Below are positions 1-11,610 of a DNA stretch of 64,000 bases, in pieces (positions within the stretch are counted from its first letter, which is position 1; each line of letters begins with the position of its first letter). The notes under the pieces were generated by a model. That model was given only the letters and a program-made list of their open reading frames with translations. It did not search any database and was not told the origin of the DNA. Source of the stretch: Eledone cirrhosa (Eukaryota); contig OZ024740.1 of assembly GCA_964016885.1 (NCBI GenBank), forward strand, positions 99,510,001 through 99,574,000, written 5' to 3'. The translations under genes and the position numbers were made by a program.

Positions 1-87
1 TTTTCAGCCTAATTATGTGCCATGCTATCTGCAAATATATTTTTTGACATTTTTGTAGATACTGTTAAAACACTGCTACGAAATCAT

Positions 88-259
88 CCTTGGCAGTATT
101 GGTAGAGGGCCGGACGCCATGCTTTGACGCATAGAGTTACGGCCCTTGCCATTCTGAGTTCAAATCCCGCCAAGGTTAACTTTGCCTTTCATCCTTACGG
201 GGTCGATAAAATAAACTTTGATAATTGCTGGCCTTGTGCCAAAAGTAGAAACAATTATT
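88..259 (+). mobile_element. tRNA-derived SINE, family A
   Basis: A-box-like TGGCAGTATTGG, B-box GAGTTCAAATCC, central GTTAACTTTGCCTTTCATCCTTACGGGGTCGATAAAATAAA and tail GCTGGCCTTGTGCCAAAAGTAGAAACAATTATT; more than 10 copies recur in the window. Confidence 0.85.
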
Positions 260-1799
260 AAATATTTCTCTCTATTTTTTTGCTTTTCATCAAGCATACT
301 TTCAACAAACTCCTTGTAATAACACAGCTTTAAGAGAAATATTTGATAAATCAGACTACAAAAGCTATTGATGGCTTTGGTAGTATTGCAGAAACAAGCG
401 TAATTAGCTCTTGAACATCATGTTCCTTTTGAGATAAATTATAGTGGTATCCTACTAGGTGTGTGTGTGTGTGACAGCGGGAACGGGTTTTCTACATTGC
501 AAGAAAGGGAATGTAACTCCATTTCTAACTCCGTTTTATCGTTCCAATCCTCTAATGATCCACTTTATTATCTATGTTTCAGGTGTTTGATAATAAATAA
601 TGTAATATACCTTTAGTACAAGTATCTTTCACCGTCTTAACGAAACCACATCACAATGTGAGTGGTACTATACAAATGCAATACACTTCAGTCAAGAATT
701 CGATGCTTTATTCACTCAGTCAGTCGCTCTGCCTTCTAAGAAATTAGTAGTTAAAAGTCGAACAATCAAAATTTCCCTGGTAGTGCTTGTGAACCTTGTG
801 GCAATGTTTTTCATGTAAATTTAATTATATTATGAAATACTGTGTTCCATAATGTATTGCTACATTTTAATAACATGATATTGTACAGTTACAAATTGTT
901 TAACAAAACATACTAACACACTTGATATCTCATTCATCTGGTTCAATAATGAGGATTTAGTGGTTTGATTAACTGAATGTTCAACTCGTTAATTAAAATG
1001 GACGCAGGCTCGTATTCTACAGACGCTTGCACCATTAAAACAATTCTCAAGTCGTATCAGTTTGACACAATATGTGACAAGGCTGGACTTTTACATTCCA
1101 GGGACAATTCATCCGACGCATTTCCATGCAAATTTCGTCAGCACAATTTCAGTAACAAGGCGCAGTTCAACCGGAAACTATGGTAAAGTAACTTTGGGTT
1201 AAACTCGGGACCTCATCATTCAGAAGAGAACTTCCTAACTACTGACATAGTCAACGTAGTGAACAATACAATTTCAATTATCTAAAATTAGCTTTGTTAT
1301 TTGGAAAGAGAAACAAACCGAAAGCAAAGGGGAAACATTAACATTTTCATTTATTGAAATTTCAATTACATATAACTTTTATGACATGAAAACATTCACT
1401 CGAAGACAAATAATCATTTATCATGATAAGAATATTAACATTCCAGGATAGGTTTGCATGTTAGCGTGAGAAACTGCATCTTATATACAATGGACGGACG
1501 ATATGATTATATCACCTTTGCCAAATAGATGATTTTTCAGTATGAAATACTTAGTCAATTCTAAAATATTCCAATATTAATATACTTTCATAAAAATCTA
1601 GTTTTAATTTTAGAATAATCTCGCAAGTATTATCATTTAACATTGGGCTAATTATAATTCATTAGAAACTTCATCCATTTTGAAATCTGTTCACAACTGA
1701 TTCTTTTTTCATTTTCATTTTTTCTTCAACTAAATATCTCCGATATTATGAAGTTTTCTTTTCAACAAGACAAACATATCTGCTCGAATTAAAACTCAT

Positions 1800-2003
1800 T
1801 ATAACTGTTTCTACTTTAGGCAGAAGACCAGCAATTTGAGGAGGGGGCGGGTGAAGTCGATTAAATCGACACCAGTACATTATTGGTGCTTTATTTTATC
1901 GACCCCATAAGGATGAAAGGCAAAGCTAACCTCGGCGAGATTTGAACTCAGAACATATAGAGCCATAACTCTATGCTGCAAAGCATGATGTCTGATGCCT
2001 ACC
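1800..2003 (-). mobile_element. SINE family A
   Basis: Reverse complement of family A: TTTTATCGACCCCATAAGGATGAAAGGCAAAGCTAACCTCGGCGAGATTTGAACTCAG. Confidence 0.8.
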
Positions 2004-2029
2004 AATGTTTTCATTTTAATTCGAACCAT

Positions 2030-2630
2030 TTCTTTTTTTTTATATAGAAAACATTTTATTATAGTTGTATACATTTACAGTAGAATAATGTTGCAAATAT
2101 GTTTTAAATATATACATAAATAAAATAACAAATGTGTAAATAACACCAAACATTGCTGGAAATTCACTCAGAAGAACAAATATGTCTAAACCGTGTATAA
2201 CAACACAATAATATAAATTCATGAACACAAATGATAAAAGAAAGAAAATAGAAGGGAAAAAAGCTGCTTGCAATTCACCATCAAGTGTGACAATCTGCGA
2301 CACCCCACACCTTGGATGTTAACTGCACACTTTCAGGCAAGCCAACAGCCTCGCAGTATTACCACGGGTGATGGCGAGGCTAAGGCGCTGAAGTAACCAG
2401 GCACCCTCACGGGCATCACCTGACACCTCAGTAAGGCAAGCCGCCAGTGATGACAAGAACCTCGCTGTCAGCGGCCCAACTCCACCGAGCGTCTCGAACG
2501 CCACAGACTGGAAAAAATAATTTCTGATAAGTCCTGGTATTTCCGAAATTTATTCCGTTCGGCAACTGAAGCAGTGACCCCCACATTCACTGCGGCGTCC
2601 ATGATGTGGGAAGGAGCAAGTGGATCACTG
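2030..2630 (-). mobile_element. 5'-truncated CRE-like non-LTR retrotransposon (RLE C-terminus, 3' UTR, poly(A))
   Basis: ORF 2319-2504 AFETLGGVGPLTARFL...WLLQRLSLAITRGNTA matches the C-terminus of CRE-clade restriction-like endonucleases; AATAAA and an A-run on the minus strand near 2030-2060; related copy at 52725-53370. Confidence 0.7.
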
Positions 2631-2692
2631 ATTTATAGTTAACTAAATATTTTAACGTCATACACGTGTCTTTTAAAATGACATTATTTTCA

Positions 2693-3250
2693 CACCGAGG
2701 TTAACTTTGCCTTTCATCCTTACGGGGTCGATAAAATAAAGTGTCGTAAGCTAAGACACTACTTATCGCGGCGGAACAATTGGGTTACGCTTGGTCAGTC
2801 GGCGGCGTAGAAATACCGAGAAAGGACTTCCACCCAGCTATAAAGTTCGCACCTCAATTTCTAGAAAGTTCCGGCTTCATACTCGTTCAAACAGGACATT
2901 ACTAATTAAATTCCGTGGAGCGACTGGCAAGATAAAACATTTACCAAGCAACCTCCTACCTAGATATATGTCACCTAGCATTCTATTGTAATATTTTACG
3001 GAAAAAAATAAATCCTTTTTTATATTTCCTCGCTGTGCTTTCCTCTCTGATTCTTCCTCATGGACAACCAACATTAAAGACGCAGCCTTATAACATAATC
3101 TTCTTTAAGAATCCTTCTCGCGACCAAAAAATAATATTTAAAGAACTTTTCTGCTAAAATAAATTACCAGTAATGCACTGGGATAATTAATCTATATGTG
3201 AAAATAATTGTTTCAACTTTTGGTCGTGCCAAAAGTAGAAACAATTATTT
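2693..3250 (+). mobile_element. SINE family A apparently split by a ~420-bp intervening segment
   Basis: Central domain 2693-2742 stops at TAAAATAAAGT; the SINE continuation TAAAATAAATTACCAGTAATGCACTGGG...GTGCCAAAAGTAGAAACAATTATT resumes at ~3155. Confidence 0.5.
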
Positions 3251-3959
3251 TCAAATATAGATTAAGCGTTATAGATAATTGTTTCTATTTGTAAATATTA
3301 GGGGTATTACGAACTTTAGTGTTATGAAACATTAGTGGTATAACTACAACTTACGGAACCCTTTTATCCGATTTTGGTGATTTTCTGAATAATGCATATT
3401 TTTAATGACATCTTTTAGAGATACGTTTTTGAAAGTGATTTAAAAAAGAAAGTTCATTTTATTTATTCATTCATTTATTCGTTCTTTCATCCATCCACAA
3501 TTCATGGTTATAGAAGTGACATTAAGTGTCTATGGCGTTTTCATTATAAGCATCTAGAAAGCATGATGAAAACATTTCTGGCACTTCTTTGTTTCCAGAG
3601 TCCTCTGAAATTAAAAGTGTTTACTTTTGCAACTGAAGTGAAAGTTATTGTGAAAATGTGAAAGCATTCACCTTTGCAAATAAAGTGAACGATTTTCGGA
3701 CAGTACAGTATTGACTACACACTGTAAAATATCAAATGTGACGTTGTCATTAATGAAGTTTTATCCACCAAATATTTGAATTATATTCGTGATTAACATG
3801 CGTAAACCATGGTTATTAACTACCTAAATGTATTGAATATTAATGGAAGAAGACGGTTACCATAAACTTTGCATCCTCATTAACTTCTTCATAATGCATA
3901 TTTCTAAACACAAATTCGTAGATTACGATTAGATTTTAAAGAAGGAGTATTTTTTCTAG

Positions 3960-4050
3960 ATGATCATTGTCGTAAACTTCCTTTCATTAATGTGTTCATG
4001 TATCATGATCATTGTTGTAAACTTCGTTTCATTAATGTCTTCATGTATCA
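3960..4050. repeat. 45-bp tandem duplication (2 copies)
   Basis: ATGATCATTGTYGTAAACTTCSTTTCATTAATGTSTTCATGTATC occurs twice in tandem. Confidence 0.85.
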
Positions 4051-4702
4051 CATACGTTCGATCTGTATTAATAGTAGACTAGACATACACATAGGAATTT
4101 TGCTATAACAATTTCCAAATTCATGTTGATGGGAAATAATATCAATTAGGATAACACCATAAATTGTACACATAATGTTGTTTCTACAATTCTGAATTGC
4201 GAATAAAACATTAAAAAAAAATATATCCGCATAATCGTAATCATCACCTTCGAAAATGTATGTTTGCAAAATTTCACTAAAAATAGGCATTAGTAAGAGA
4301 CGTTATTAGGCAACAAAATTGGTTTGTGTGGGAAGACATTAAACTGGAGTTGTGCTAAAACGAAACTTATTATTGTTGGTAATTTAGTTATTTGGGGAAA
4401 TGTTGCGATTCGGTGCATAATTTAAAATGAAACTAACGATAATGGGAAATGAAAAAAGCTTAGTTTTCTTGAATTATTAAAATAAATTTAATTTTATTGA
4501 GGATTGTTTCACCCTACGATCACCTTGTAATAATGTAACATAAACGTATATTTTTAACACTTACTCTACTAATTATTAGAAACTACTTAAAAACAAACAC
4601 TCATTTGTGTCATAAAGAGTTCAGCAACATCCAGGCTAGAGAATTAGAAATTCCTGAGTGTCTTTAGAACCACGATTTAACTGTTTGAATACAACCAGCA
4701 CT

Positions 4703-4861
4703 CAGGACCGTCTTAACAGAATTATAGGCCCCCGGGAGAAGCAGAGCACTGGGGCCCCTGCCTACACAACCACTCACAGGAATAAATATACAAATGGGCC
4801 CCCTATCCTCGTGGGGCCCCCGGGCAACTGCCCAGCGTGCCCATGCGTTAAGAAAGCCCTG
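4703..4861. mobile_element. hAT-type MITE (159 bp)
   Basis: Imperfect 15-bp TIRs CAGGACCGTCTTAAC / GTTAAGAAAGCCCTG; 8-bp TSD CCAGCACT (4695-4702) / CCAGCGCT (4862-4869); internal GGGGCCCC motifs. Confidence 0.85.
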
Positions 4862-7442
4862 CCAGCGCTGATGCTAGATAAAAAGCTTACGTGGGTCGTT
4901 ACAAACTCAATTTACTGTGTCATTCATGCAATTGTTAAAGTGAAATTTGTTTATTGCTTAGTCAGAATGGGTACTGCTCATGACCATTTTAAGTGGCATC
5001 CAAGGCTGGATGGAGAGAAGAAAGGATCCTAAAGCTGGAGAGTTGTTCTGAAAGCTTGCAAGAGTGGATTTTACAAAATGCACTCAAAATTAAGGTGGTG
5101 ATTTAAAACTAAGTGGATTAAATTTACCACCTCGGTTAATCCACTGAAATATGTCAATAAAACTGCACCAACACTGAATTCGGTTTCTCCTAGAGTAAGT
5201 TTTGTGTGGTCGTACGAGCTACAAAAAACAGCAGCCAAATGTCCCTCAAATCAAACTTTACTATCTTCAAATCGGAAATGGCATATTGGACAAAAGGCAA
5301 GATGATATGAATTACGTATATAAAATAGAAGGGGGCTTGGAGACAAAAATAGTGCTTTTTCATATTTCAGTATTTTATAACTTTCAATGTTTCTAAAGCT
5401 TAAAAGTCATTACAAATTTAAAGTTTGGATAGGACACCTTGAACAGTGTTGTAAGCAGCAACGCCTTCGCCATAATTCCGAATCCACTTTTCCATGTTGA
5501 TATGATAGCATACAGGTTATATAAATTTGCAGAAAACAACAACCAGGAGGGTGGTGTTTTTGCCAGTATTTCTAATACACTTTGGCAAAATGCCAACAAG
5601 ACACTCAACCAAATATTTGAGACTACATGAGTACGTGATTCTTCAGTTCCCATCTACCTAAAGCGTCTTAGTTGTTGCCCTGTTGACACATGCTATGATA
5701 AAAGAAAAGATTCTTGGCCGTTTCAGTGAATTTCAATTGCAATTGCTCACGGAAATGATGCTAGCATGCATTATATATTGTTTCAAGAATTCAGAAATAT
5801 ATTAGATGATGATGATAAATATAGATGCTTTGAAATTCTGAAGGAAAAAAAATGAGATTAAATACAATCAGAATCACCTTCAATTTTTTTTATCAACAGC
5901 ACATTGGATATAAAGTAAAATGAAATGTTTATTTATAATATATAATTCACAATTCAACGAGAATTTATTGACACTAAGATTATATGCCATTATGTGTATG
6001 ACTTACAAAAGATATGAATCAATAAAATTATGTCAGATAGTAAAGAAAACAAGAGAAAGACGATGAACACATTCAATTAGACACTACACCTGAGAATGCT
6101 CGGGTTGCATTATAAAAACGTTTGTGACTAGCCAAGACACAAATTACTGTGGATAGTTGAGAGGATAAGACACTGGAATAGCTAAACACTCTCACCAGCC
6201 TCACCTGACTCTTCAGTAAGACGAACCACTAGTTGTGACAAAAACTTCATGGGCAGGGGCCCAGCTTCCATGACATCCATTTTCGAACACAGCTATTAGG
6301 TCACAAATGTTTTGGGGGAGTGCAGGATATTTCATAATCTGCAGTACTTGACTAATATTTATTTTAAATTCAAGCTCAGAGTGATTTGAACTCAAATACA
6401 ACAGTAGATAACTAAATATCATTATGCATTTACTCTGTCATTCTAATCAATTCAGCCACTCATACACCATCTCTATTTGATACACTGTCTGCTACAGTCC
6501 CGGAACTAGTAAATGTTTCAAGGAAGTAATGTTTGAAGCATTAAAAAAAAGTCTAAATTTCATTTAAAATAAAATTGTTTAATTCTACAAACAATGAAAT
6601 ATTATTTAAACATTTTGCCTCGATAGAACAATATATAAAGAGATGTACATCAGGAAAAGCTTGAAATATAAAAGGAAATAACTTTAATTATTGACAGCAT
6701 GGGTATGTTAGATTTATTTAATCATTATATCTATTTATTATGAGTGTTTCCTATCAGCACATTAGACTTAACATGGTAAGATGCTACTGTACTTAATGTT
6801 GAATGTGACATATTGTAGATTAACATCAATCTATGTCTTTGCTCACCCTCCTCCTATCTCCATAAAATCAACATAATTTCATCAATGCCTTTTATTATGT
6901 GGCTCTCCTTTTAATGATGCATGTCTATGAGTAAAAGAATATAACAATTAATATTTATAGATTTTTAAAGAATTAACCAGAGGATATTAATTTTATGATT
7001 TGTTTGATATTTTTTGTTTTGTTTTATGTAACTAACATACCATTTCTTGTTTTGATGTTTAAACATCTATACAATAGCTTTGTTTACGGACTGAACTTGC
7101 AATTCCTTTTATGAAACCCGTTAACAATGACTTTCCTCTTAAAGATTCAATAATATTCCTCCAATATTGCTTTTCTGCCTGTAAACATAAACACATTTGA
7201 TAGAACAATATACATTTCCTCGTTTCAATTTCACTTTTATTTTTACATAAATTTGGATTTATACTTGTTTCTGTTAGCTTTTTGCCAGTTTTATTGTTAG
7301 TCATTTTAGCATTGTTTTAGTTATCCCCTTTTACGGATTCAATAGTAAACAGGTAAATAAATTAAAAAATAAATAACAACTGCCAACAGTTTCTCTCTAT
7401 TGTTATAAGAATGAAGATCTGTTTATAAGTGCACTTGTTAAG

Positions 7443-7735
7443 TGCGGGGCTGTGGGGGGGGGGGGAGCTGGGGCCGCTTGACCGGAGGCGGAGGGCGAGT
7501 GACGTCAGATGCGTTTCCGAGGCGGCGGGGGCGCTTGACCGGAGGCGGAGGAGGAGTGACGTCAAATGCGTTTCCGAGGCGGCGTGTGTAGGCTGTGTCC
7601 CACGTGGTGACTTGGAGAAAGACGGGCGTACCAGATGAAGCTGCTGCTTGGCGAATGGATTATAACACGAAGATTGATGCACGGCTTTGGGTGAACCAGC
7701 AGACTCACGGTAACTGGAATAGCTTTCACACCACA
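7443..7735 (+). repeat. 5' LTR (293 bp) with internal 57-bp tandem duplication
   Basis: Aligns to 11369-11610; the unit CGCTTGACCGGAGG...TGACGTCA...CCGAGGCGGCG occurs twice (starts 7475 and 7532); ends ...CACCACA. Confidence 0.92.
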
Positions 7736-7747
7736 AGCTATTTCGGC
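7736..7747 (+). promoter_or_regulatory. Putative primer-binding site complementary to nt 1-12 of tRNA-Phe(GAA)
   Basis: AGCTATTTCGGC directly follows the LTR; its reverse complement GCCGAAATAGCT is the 5' end of animal cytosolic tRNA-Phe (sequence recalled from knowledge, not searched). Confidence 0.7.
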
Positions 7748-7839
7748 ACATGAAGACGTACAATTGAAAAAAAAAGAAGAGACAAGGCTATTTGAAAAAA
7801 AGACTATCTTGTTTTATTACTTACCGCAGGACTAAAGAG

Positions 7840-10800
7840 ATGGCAACGAGATTACGGTTGAGCGGTGAAGTACTTAAAGCTTTCACCGGTGAAGGAGAAG
7901 TTATCGCTTGGATGGGAAAGGTCCGGGTGGTCACCGAGCTACAAAAGATAGACGATGTGGCCGGTCTCATGGCGCTATATCTCAAGGGGGATGCGCTAGC
8001 ATTGTACCTCGAGATGGATGAAATCAGCCAAAGGGACGCGCAAAACATTGAGCGGCGTATGATGGAAGTGTTTGTGGAAGGCCCGTGTACCGCGTTTGCC
8101 AAGCTGGCAAGGATGAGTTGGGAAGGTCAGCGTGTGGATAGTTTTGCTGCGGAGATAAGGAGATTGGCCATCCTGGCGGGGTTTCAGGTCGAGTGCGAGT
8201 GTGCAGTGTGGCTGGCATTTATAAACGGATTTCCGGATGACATCGCGGTGAGACTGCAGCAAATACCTGGCTACAAGGAAATGGAGATGCGTACATTGGT
8301 AGAGCAAGCCCGCATCATAGCAGAAAATGCTAAGAAGAGTGTTGCAACAATAGCGGCAATGGAGGCTCGGGGCAGCCGACAGCGAAATGCCGAAAGGGCG
8401 ACAAACATGGCGAACAGTCGCCCGCGCACGTTTGGGGTCGTTGCTATAGGTGCCAGGGTGCGCACATGGCGAGAGATTGCAAGGAGTCCAAACCAGACAT
8501 AATTTGCTATCTGTGTAGGCGGCCGGACTTCATCGCTACCAATTGCGACCAGGGAAACGGTCCAAGGGGAGCTATTGCGTCGGTAGCTACTACTAGTGGC
8601 ACTGCTTGTGGTGAAAATCCTGGTGAAGAGAAAGCCATTACGAGCCCTCGTGGACACGCGATGTACAACGACACTGGTGACTACGGGGGTGGTGTAAAAA
8701 TGGAGAGGGAAGAGCAGCATAAGTGCAGTCGACGGTAGGAAGATTGAAGATAGAGGTCGCAGCAAGGTGGAGATTGTGGTAAGGGGAAAGAGAATAAGGC
8801 TTTCAGCCATTGTGGTCGACTGCTTAGTGGATGGAATTGACGTGGTTATGGGCATGGACGCGATTGGCTGATTAGGAGGCGTCATAGTGAACGATGTCGG
8901 AGTAACATTTGGTGGCGCTGCACCAGCATGCGCTGTTAGTACGCGTCAGGAGGGCGAGAAGGCCCACGAGGAAAAATATGCCGCTCACACCGTACTGGAT
9001 AAGGACGTCAAGGTCATGTTCGACGGGCAACGATGGATTGTTGAGTGGTACTAGTAGGGAGAACCGCCAACACTGAAGAACAAAGTGGGCTGCTATCAGC
9101 ACACACTGAAAGGAGATACTAGCGTTTGAGCGAGAGGTAAAGAGATTGATCGAGCAGCGCATACTGGTTCCCTGGAAGGGTGCGGTGAAGTGTGGGGTGC
9201 TGCTGTTAATGGCTGTGGTGCAACCCACGAAGAACAAAGTGAGACCAGTGGTGTATTTTCGGGAGCTGAACGAGCATGTGTCGTGTCACACGGGTAGAGG
9301 TCACAGATGTCGTCTACGGGGAAACTGTGCGCGAGTGGAGACTTATGACGGGGGCTTTCACGATCGTGGACTTAAAGTCGGCATATATACAGCTACACGT
9401 GGAGGAGAAGCTGTGGCAGTATCAGCTTGTCAGGTATAAGGGCCGGACATATTGCCTGACCAGGCTCGGTTTCGGGCTGAACTCTGCACCGAAGATCATG
9501 GCGGCGATCTTCAAGACCGTTCTGGGAAAAGCCGACAATATGAAGAGGGCCACCAATTCCTACATCGACGACATCTTAGTGGACTATAGTGTCGGCGGCG
9601 GAGGTTACAAGCCATTTGCGAGGATATGGATTGACTGCGAAGCCGTCAGAGGCGTTGGAGCGAGGAGCCGCACTAGGACTTAGGCTGCGAAGAGACAAGA
9701 CAGGCACGTTGGTATTTCGGAGGGGAAATGAAGTCCCGGAACTGGGCCCAAATATGAATAGACGGGAACTGTTCTCGATGTGTGGAAAATTAGTGGGTCA
9801 CTACCCAATCGCTGCGTGGCTTCGGACGGCATGCATCTATGTCAAGAGACGAGCGGAAGGGGTGATTTTGAGTGACAAGGTGGGAGAGAGGACGATGGCC
9901 ATCATGCAGGAGATCGTGGGGAGGGTGAATCCAATGACCCGGTGCGAGGACGCTGGTATGTCCCCGAATCGCAGAGCGGGACCGTATGGTGTGATGCCAG
10001 CAGCATAGCGTTAGGTGTCACATTGGAAATAGGTGTCGAGGTCGAGGATGCAGACTGGCTCATGAAGAAGGATGATTGTAACCACATCAATGTGGCCGAG
10101 CTGGACGCTGTGTTGAGAGGGGTGAACTTCGCCTTGAGGTGGGGACTGCGCACCATCGAGATTCGCACCGACTCGGCGACTGTACTCGGATGGGTGAGGT
10201 CAGTGCTTACCAGCGAGAAGAGAGTGCGAACGAGAGGGGTGGCAGAAATGTTGATAAAGCGCGGCCTGGGAACTCTAGGAGAGCTGGCCACCGAGTTCGG
10301 CCTGAAGTTGAGTGTAGTCTTCGTGCCCTCAGAGCAGAGGTGAAGAAACCCTGGTTGGAAGCGCCGGAGGATGCAGAAGAGGGGATAGCCGCTGTTTGTC
10401 GGCTGAGCGAGTCGGACCTTAAAGGGGTGCATGCCATGCACCACATGGGGTGGTTACGACCCTGTTCCTATCCAGGAGAATCGATTCCGACGTTAGCAGA
10501 GACAGTGTCCAGAGAGTGGTCAGATGCTGCGTCCGATGCCATCTATCGATCCCGCCCCGGGTATGCACGAGTCGGGAAGTCTCCCGGTGGATCGCGACTG
10601 GATGCGATTGGCAATGGACGTAACACACTACCGACAGGGAACATACCTCTCAATGGTTGAATGTGGACCGGGACGGATGGCGATATGGAAGGAAATGAAG
10701 ATGGGAACGGCGGAGGAAATCACACGGACGTTGAGAGAGATATTCTTGGAGCGGGGCTCTGTGGATGAACTGCTGATGGATAATTGCGCAGCGTTCCGCT

Positions 10801-11337
10801 AGGAGGCGCTGAGGGAAATGCTTGATGGTTGGAAGGTGGACCGCTTCTTCAGAGCAGCATACAGGCCGAGCGGAAATGGGATCGTGGAGCGACACCACCG
10901 CACAATCAAAGCAATGGCGGAACGGGGGCACATCTCACCAATGTATGCAGTGTTTTGGTACAACATGTCCCCTCGGGTAGGACAGTCTGAGGAATCAGTG
11001 CTACACAGAACGATATACAAATACGAGTGGCGCCACCCGTTCACGGTATCATAACGGCCAGTAGAGAGAGAGAGAACGCATTTGTACAGGTGGGCGAGGA
11101 AGTCTGGGTTAAGCCCCCAGACGCACGCTGCACATCTCATGGGGAAAGGGAATGGTAACAGCCATTGATTCCCAGAATAACGTTTCTGTGGACGGAGTGC
11201 CACGTCACGTCCTGGATGTCCGTAGAATCGTTGTGTTGACGAACTCAGAGGAAATCGAAAGCTCGCCCCAACATTACGGAGATCGCGACGGGATCGCCGA
11301 CTGCCTGGACGGCAGATTATCACATGCAGCAGGGTGA
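7840..11337 (+). pseudogene. gag-pol pseudogene with frameshifts and stops
   Basis: Gag from ATG 7840; zinc knuckles CYRCQGAHMARDC and CYLCRRPDFIATNC; protease RALVDTRCTTTLV (~8641); RT DLKSAYIQL...RLGFGLNSAP...YIDD (~9561); RNase H WCDASS...HINVAELDAV...IRTDS; integrase H-H-C-C remnant, LAMDVTH, LLMDN, PSGNGIVERHHRTIK. Confidence 0.92.
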
Positions 11338-11359
11338 GGGGAGATTGATCCTTTAGATT

Positions 11360-11368
11360 AGGGGGGCG
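11360..11368 (+). promoter_or_regulatory. Polypurine tract
   Basis: AGGGGGGCG directly precedes the 3' LTR. Confidence 0.75.
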
Positions 11369-11610
11369 CGTGGGGCTGTATGGAGGAGGTGACCAGAAGC
11401 TGGGGACGCTTGACCGGAGGCAGAGGAAGAGTGACGTCAGATGCGTTTCCGAGGCGGCGTCTGTAGGCTGTGTCTCTCGCAGTGAATAGGAGAAAGACGG
11501 ACGTACCAGATGATGATGCAGCTTAGCGAATGGATTATAACACGAAGATTGATGCACGTTGTTGAGTAAACCAGCAGACTCACGGTAAGTGGAATAGCTT
11601 TCTCACCACA
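11369..11610 (+). repeat. 3' LTR (242 bp)
   Basis: Homologous to 7443-7735 with a single CRE-containing unit; ends CACCACA followed by TSD ATAAG. Confidence 0.92.

Larger units (their letters stand above)
7443..11610 (+). mobile_element. Full-length decayed Ty3/Gypsy-type LTR retrotransposon (4168 bp)
   Basis: Two LTRs (7443-7735, 11369-11610), TG...CA outer ends, 5-bp TSD TTAAG/ATAAG (1 mismatch), PPT at 11360-11368, domain order gag-PR-RT-RH-IN; GC/CpG-rich relative to flanks. Confidence 0.95.

Noticed and set aside
88-259. tRNA genes suggested by A/B-box motifs in the repeats
   Set aside because: No cloverleaf or acceptor stem; they are SINE heads followed by SINE core and tail.
5093-5145. 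Interleaved short inverted repeats (AGGTGGT/ACCACCT and AGTGGATTAA/TTAATCCACT) suggesting a pseudoknot
   Set aside because: Short and AT-rich with no context; more likely a MITE relic or chance.
5393-5653. Overlapping ORFs of 86 aa (-) and 63 aa (+), one with a faint NAFAII similarity to Harbinger transposases
   Set aside because: No further motifs, TIRs or splice support.
7362-11557. Long antisense ORFs over the LTR element (e.g. 10799-11557, 8271-8885)
   Set aside because: Shadow ORFs of GC-rich gag-pol and LTR sequence with no recognisable motifs.
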